Shown here: in pieces, positions 16,002-20,000 of the stretch
How positions within the stretch are numbered: the first letter of the stretch is position 1
How the letters are laid out: each line of letters opens with the position of its first letter
From: Nitrospinota bacterium
Lineage (GTDB): Bacteria; JADFOP01
NCBI GenBank assembly: GCA_022562795.1
Contig: JADFOP010000006.1
Location: 55,939 to 75,938, forward strand
Length of the DNA: 20,000 bases
Direction: 5' to 3'
The notes under the pieces: model-generated
Databases searched by the model: none
Seen by the model: only the letters and a program-made list of their open reading frames with translations
Told to the model about the DNA's origin: nothing
Program-made: the position numbers and the translations under genes

Positions 16002-16967
16002 ATGGAAGCCGGCAAGGGGGAGGCGAGGGCCACGTCCTTTCCCGCCCCCACCTTCTTTGGTAACCTCTTTGACAGCGAGCGGTTGCTTGCCCCGCTGATG
16101 ATCGCCCCGGCCATTCTCTATATCGTGGTGCTGGTCGGAATTCCCTTTCTCCTGGCCATATACTACAGCCTCAGCGACGCCACCACGGGTGACCCGAGCC
16201 TAAATTTCGTGGGGTTGAGGAATTTTGTCGCCGTCCTCGAAGACCCGGTCTTCCGCCGATCGTTAAAGAACACCTTCATCTTCACGATAGTCTCTCAAGC
16301 TCTCGTTTTGGTACTGGCGAAAATCCTGGCGCTCGCCTTGCTCAAGGACTTTCGGGGGAAGTGGCTTGCGCGGTTCCTGATCATGCTGCCCTGGACGGCC
16401 CCCATCTCCCTTGGGGTCATCGGCTGGATGTGGATACTCGATTCGATCTTCAGCCCCATTGACTGGTCCCTGCGCTACATGGGTCTCTTAGGCAGACCCG
16501 ATGCCATCCTCGGTCCCGCCTCTAACCTCTATTGGCTTGGGGTGCCTAGCCTGGCGATGACTTCCGTGATAGTCGTCCATATTTGGCGGATGCTCCCCTT
16601 GGCGACGGTGATTTTGCTCGCGGGATTGACAGCCCTTCCCCAGGAGGTCCTCGATGCCGCCGAGGTCGATGGAGCCGGATTCTGGCGCCGCTTGTTTCAG
16701 ATCATGATCCCGCTTCTCCTCCCCATCATCAGTATCGCCGCCCTCTTCGGGGTGGTCTTTACCTTTACCGATATGGTCGTCGTATATGTGCTCACCCAGG
16801 GCGGCCCGATCCACAGCACTCAAGTCTTGGCCAGTTGGGCCTTCTTTAAGGGCATTGAGGCGGGAGACCTAGCCCAGGGCTCGGCGATCGCCATCTTTCT
16901 ATTCCCCGTGATGGCGGCCATGGCAATTTTCATGCTACGACTGGCCCGACGGACGGAGGTTGCCTGA
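16002..16967 (+). CDS. CUT1 ABC transporter permease (MalF/UgpA-like)
   Basis: FVGLRNF, multiple TM helices, EAA loop DAAEVDGAGFWRRL, LTQGGP; SD GGGAGG. Confidence 0.94.
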   Translation: MEAGKGEARATSFPAPTFFGNLFDSERLLAPLMIAPAILYIVVLVGIPFLLAIYYSLSDATTGDPSLNFVGLRNFVAVLEDPVFRRSLKNTFIFTIVSQALVLVLAKILALALLKDFRGKWLARFLIMLPWTAPISLGVIGWMWILDSIFSPIDWSLRYMGLLGRPDAILGPASNLYWLGVPSLAMTSVIVVHIWRMLPLATVILLAGLTALPQEVLDAAEVDGAGFWRRLFQIMIPLLLPIISIAALFGVVFTFTDMVVVYVLTQGGPIHSTQVLASWAFFKGIEAGDLAQGSAIAIFLFPVMAAMAIFMLRLARRTEVA

Positions 16968-17809
16968 TGTCGCGCATAAAGCGAGTAGGGGCACGTATCT
17001 CGCTCTACAGCGTCGTGACCTTCTTTGCCATCTTTTGCGCGTTCCCCTTCTTCTGGATGCTCATCACCACATTCAAGCCCGCACATGACCTCTATACCCT
17101 GGAGAACAACCCCTTCCTCTTCAACGAGCCCCCTACGCTGGAACACCTGCACCATCTCTTTTTCGACACATTGTTTGTCAAATATCTCTTCAACACTTTT
17201 TTCGTCGGGGTCGTGGTGGTGGGCATCACCCTGCTCGTGGCCGTCCCTGCCGCCTACAGCCTCGCGCGCTGGGCGGGGCGGTGGGGCGAAGGTATGGGCA
17301 TCGCCATCTTTCTCACCTATTTGGTGCCCCCCACCCTGCTCTTCATCCCGCTTTCCCGGCTCATCGGCATCCTCGGGCTCCAGGAATCCCTGTGGTCCTT
17401 AATACTCATCTATCCCACCTTCACCATTCCCTTCTGTACCTGGCTCTTGATGGGCTTCTTCAAGTCTATCCCCCGCGACATCGAGGAGCAGGCCCTGATC
17501 GACGGCCACAGCCGCCTGGGGGCGATGCTGAAGATCGTACTCCCGCTTTCCACCGCCGGGATCCTGACCGTCGTGGTCTTTACCTTTACCCTGACGATGC
17601 ATGAGTTCATCTACGCCCTGGCCTTCATCTCAAGCTCAGCCTTAAAGACTGTCAGCATCGGGGTGCCGACGGAGCTCATCGGGGAGTTCTTCGAGTGGGG
17701 CCCGCTGATGGCCGGAGCCCTAATCCCGAGCATCCCCGTGGCCCTCCTGTACACATTCTTCCTCGACAGGTTCATCGCCGGCTTTACCGTCGGCGCGGTC
17801 AAGGGCTGA
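16967..17809 (+). CDS. CUT1 ABC transporter permease (MalG/UgpE-like)
   Basis: PFFWML, AAYSLAR, EAA loop IEEQALIDG, WGPLMAG, C-terminal GAVKG; TGATG overlap with the upstream permease. Confidence 0.94.
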   Translation: MSRIKRVGARISLYSVVTFFAIFCAFPFFWMLITTFKPAHDLYTLENNPFLFNEPPTLEHLHHLFFDTLFVKYLFNTFFVGVVVVGITLLVAVPAAYSLARWAGRWGEGMGIAIFLTYLVPPTLLFIPLSRLIGILGLQESLWSLILIYPTFTIPFCTWLLMGFFKSIPRDIEEQALIDGHSRLGAMLKIVLPLSTAGILTVVVFTFTLTMHEFIYALAFISSSALKTVSIGVPTELIGEFFEWGPLMAGALIPSIPVALLYTFFLDRFIAGFTVGAVKG

Positions 17810-17830
17810 GGTATTCTCCCTCAAAAATAT

Positions 17831-17893
17831 TTCCACCTGGGCTGCGTGTCCGGGAAGTCGCTCATCCAGGACAACCCCATCCAGCAGGTGGAA
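17831..17893. repeat. Inverted repeat / long hairpin between convergent genes
   Basis: TTCCACCTG (17831-17839) / CAGGTGGAA (17885-17893), with inner TGTCC/GGACA. Confidence 0.45.
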
Positions 17894-17896
17894 TAG

Positions 17897-19276
17897 TCAC
17901 CTTGTTTGTTTTTCTTGATTAAGGGGAAGAATCCACGGCGCCGGTGGCCAAAGCCGGCGCTTCAATTTTACAAGATTCACGTTGGGGTCGATCAAAAGCT
18001 GAGGAGGCCTTCCATTCAGTGTAACCAGCGCACGGGCTTTCACTTCAACGTCAGGATAACCTTTTTCTTTGTAGAGCTCAGCTAGATAGTGAGCAAACTG
18101 CAAGATCATGTCTGGGCTGGCAGCCATAGTGAGGTATTGATTTCGCGTTAACAAACTATTAACAATTTTTTCGGGCGGATATTCCTGTTTTTGATGGCTC
18201 TTGGCATCCGTCACATAAAAAATGCCTAAGCTTTCATTTTCATCAAGCTTCATATTCCAAGAAAAACGATAACCCTCTTCAGTCCAACTTGAGTAACCTG
18301 GGTAAAGGACTTGTCTGAACGGCACGAGCAGCTGGATTGCTAAATACACCATGAGAAAACATATTGTTAATCCCCGATAGGATGGGAACAATTCCGGGGT
18401 GGGCGTCACTTCTGCTTCAAGATCCAATTCTTTCCGTCGAACGGTCGCCATTAATCGACGCGGCCAGCTTGGGGGGAAGAATATTAGGGTGGCCGGTATC
18501 ATCAGCCACGGGAAAATTCCAATATTAAAAATATAGGCGTTCGTTAAATGAAACATTGCAGATGCGATGAATGCTATTGCCCTCGTTTTGCGAAAGAGCA
18601 AAAGCGGAACAATCAATAAATCGAAGCCCAGCCCACCATAGCTAAAGAGATAAACTACCCATTCTTCCGTGAGGAATTGGCCCAGCAGGGGAGTGCTTGT
18701 AAGCTCCGCCAGCCATGTCCTCATTGGTTCTCCGCGCAACCAGTCCGGGTTCAGCTTGGCGAGACCACCATAAAAGTAAGGAATTCCTATCTGGGCACGC
18801 AACACCCAAAGAGACCAGGCAGGAACGAATTGAGACCGCAATTTGGGATTTATTAGAGCGTCCAAGGAAAAAGAGCGATGGCAAGGGATTAGAATTAAGA
18901 GAAAGCTGAGTATAGAAACCAAATACATGTGATTTAAGTAGTAAGTCTTATCGAGCAGAAATATATAAGTAATGCCTACGAAAAACAGGGTGGCCGCGAT
19001 GCGGTGAAAAAACCCTAACGTAATGAGCGAAGCAAGTATGCCCAGCAAGGCGATAAGGTAATAGATCCCATCGCCGGGCAGGACGTGCACCCAACCAAAA
19101 CCGTAATACTTAAATTGAAATATCGGACGGAGGAAATAGCCTTCAGCCGCGCGCCAAAGACGGGTAGCCTCCCAGAGCATTACCAGCCCAAAGACCACGC
19201 GAAAGAAGACGAGGGAGGCGATATCAACAGGCTCAAACAGCTTACCGGACTTTTTTAAGATACTTTTAATTTGCAT
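17897..19276 (-). CDS. HTTM-domain / vitamin K-dependent gamma-carboxylase-like membrane protein (paralogue 1)
   Basis: SLVFFRVVFG, FKYYGFGWV, FLLDKTYYLNHMYL, YFYGGLAKLNPDWLRG, FHLTNAYIFNIGIFPW, WTEEGYRFSWNM, PDMILQFAHYL, LNGRPPQLLIDP, WILPL. Start is ATG 19276 or GTG 19297. Confidence 0.9.
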   Translation of the reverse strand: MQIKSILKKSGKLFEPVDIASLVFFRVVFGLVMLWEATRLWRAAEGYFLRPIFQFKYYGFGWVHVLPGDGIYYLIALLGILASLITLGFFHRIAATLFFVGITYIFLLDKTYYLNHMYLVSILSFLLILIPCHRSFSLDALINPKLRSQFVPAWSLWVLRAQIGIPYFYGGLAKLNPDWLRGEPMRTWLAELTSTPLLGQFLTEEWVVYLFSYGGLGFDLLIVPLLLFRKTRAIAFIASAMFHLTNAYIFNIGIFPWLMIPATLIFFPPSWPRRLMATVRRKELDLEAEVTPTPELFPSYRGLTICFLMVYLAIQLLVPFRQVLYPGYSSWTEEGYRFSWNMKLDENESLGIFYVTDAKSHQKQEYPPEKIVNSLLTRNQYLTMAASPDMILQFAHYLAELYKEKGYPDVEVKARALVTLNGRPPQLLIDPNVNLVKLKRRLWPPAPWILPLNQEKQTR

Positions 19277-19305
19277 GTAAGGCGCAATTGTCCCCACACA
19301 TAAGA

Positions 19306-20000
19306 TTATCTTTTTTCATCAAGGGGAAGTATCCACGATGCCGGCGGCCAAAGCCGGAGCTTCACTTTCGCAAGATCCACTTCGGGGTCGATCAATAGCT
19401 GAGGCGGCCTTCCATTCAAGGAGACGGTCACTTGGGCTCTTACTTCAACGTCGGGGTAACCTCTTTTCCGGAAGCGCTCCGCAAGATAGTGGCTAAATTG
19501 AACAATCATATCCGGGCTGCTAGACATCTTTTGGAGTTGACGTTTTGTCAATAAATTATTAAGAATTCTTTCCGGTGTAAACTCCCGCTTTTGGCCGCTC
19601 TTGGGGTCGGTCACATTAAAAACAGAATAATTTTTCTTATCGTCAAGCCTCATATTCCAAGAGAAATAATATCCTTCTTGAGTCCAGCTTGAGGTGCCGG
19701 GGTAGAGACCCTGCCTGAATGGCATGAGCAGCTGGAACGCCAAATATAGAATAAAAGCGTGCGTTGTCAATAATCGGTAGAATGGGGAGATTTCCGGCAT
19801 GGGTGCCGCTTCACGTTCCGGGGGCGATTCCTTTCGTTGAACTCTTGCCAGCAATTGACGAGGCCAACTCGGGGGGAAGAATATTAAGGTTGCCGATATC
19901 ATCATCCATGGAAAAATTCCAAGCTGAAACATATAGGCATTCATTAAGTGAAACATTACAGCAAAGGTGTATGCATATGGCCGTGTTCTGCGATAGAGCA
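19306..20000 (-). CDS. HTTM-domain / vitamin K-dependent gamma-carboxylase-like protein (paralogue 2; 5' part outside the window)
   Basis: The frame stays open to the window end (...LYRRTRPYAYTFAV-MFHLMNAY...) and aligns without gaps to paralogue 1, about 65% identical by manual count over about 212 aa. Confidence 0.9.
   Translation of the reverse strand, partial: LYRRTRPYAYTFAVMFHLMNAYMFQLGIFPWMMISATLIFFPPSWPRQLLARVQRKESPPEREAAPMPEISPFYRLLTTHAFILYLAFQLLMPFRQGLYPGTSSWTQEGYYFSWNMRLDDKKNYSVFNVTDPKSGQKREFTPERILNNLLTKRQLQKMSSSPDMIVQFSHYLAERFRKRGYPDVEVRAQVTVSLNGRPPQLLIDPEVDLAKVKLRLWPPASWILPLDEKR

Noticed and set aside
13295..16114. Long minus-strand ORFs 13295-13861 and 15485-16114
   Set aside because: Antisense shadows of the well-supported SBP and ATPase genes.

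Overview
A GC-rich bacterial chromosomal window from a diderm organism (BamD present); the lineage cannot be assigned from sequence alone. It is mostly housekeeping. Left to right: the start of a split glutamate-synthase-like operon (class-II glutamine amidotransferase subunit plus the first 12 codons of a probable GXGXG subunit), SPOR protein, argS, a TPR protein, convergent ccdA and TlpA/ResA-type thioredoxin, bamD, hsp20-hspR-sigma70-family factor, pgsA-plsY and tRNA-Gly(GCC). After the tRNA come an atypical lipoate-protein-ligase-like gene, a hypothetical gene, an AT-rich palindromic patch, a CUT1 ABC transporter with a Tat-exported binding protein, and two tandem lower-GC paralogues of HTTM / vitamin-K-dependent gamma-carboxylase-like proteins, the second running off the window. 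No CRISPR array, integrase or transposase was seen. The best leads are: (i) the tandem gamma-carboxylase-like pair; (ii) a heat-shock cassette with a HAIR-like operator over the -35, a ROSE-like leader hairpin and an alternative sigma factor; (iii) a roughly 300-nt, apparently structured non-coding region after tRNA-Gly; (iv) a long structured leader before the ABC binding protein; (v) a lipoate-ligase homologue apparently lacking the catalytic Lys. All family calls come from motif recognition by eye, not database searches.
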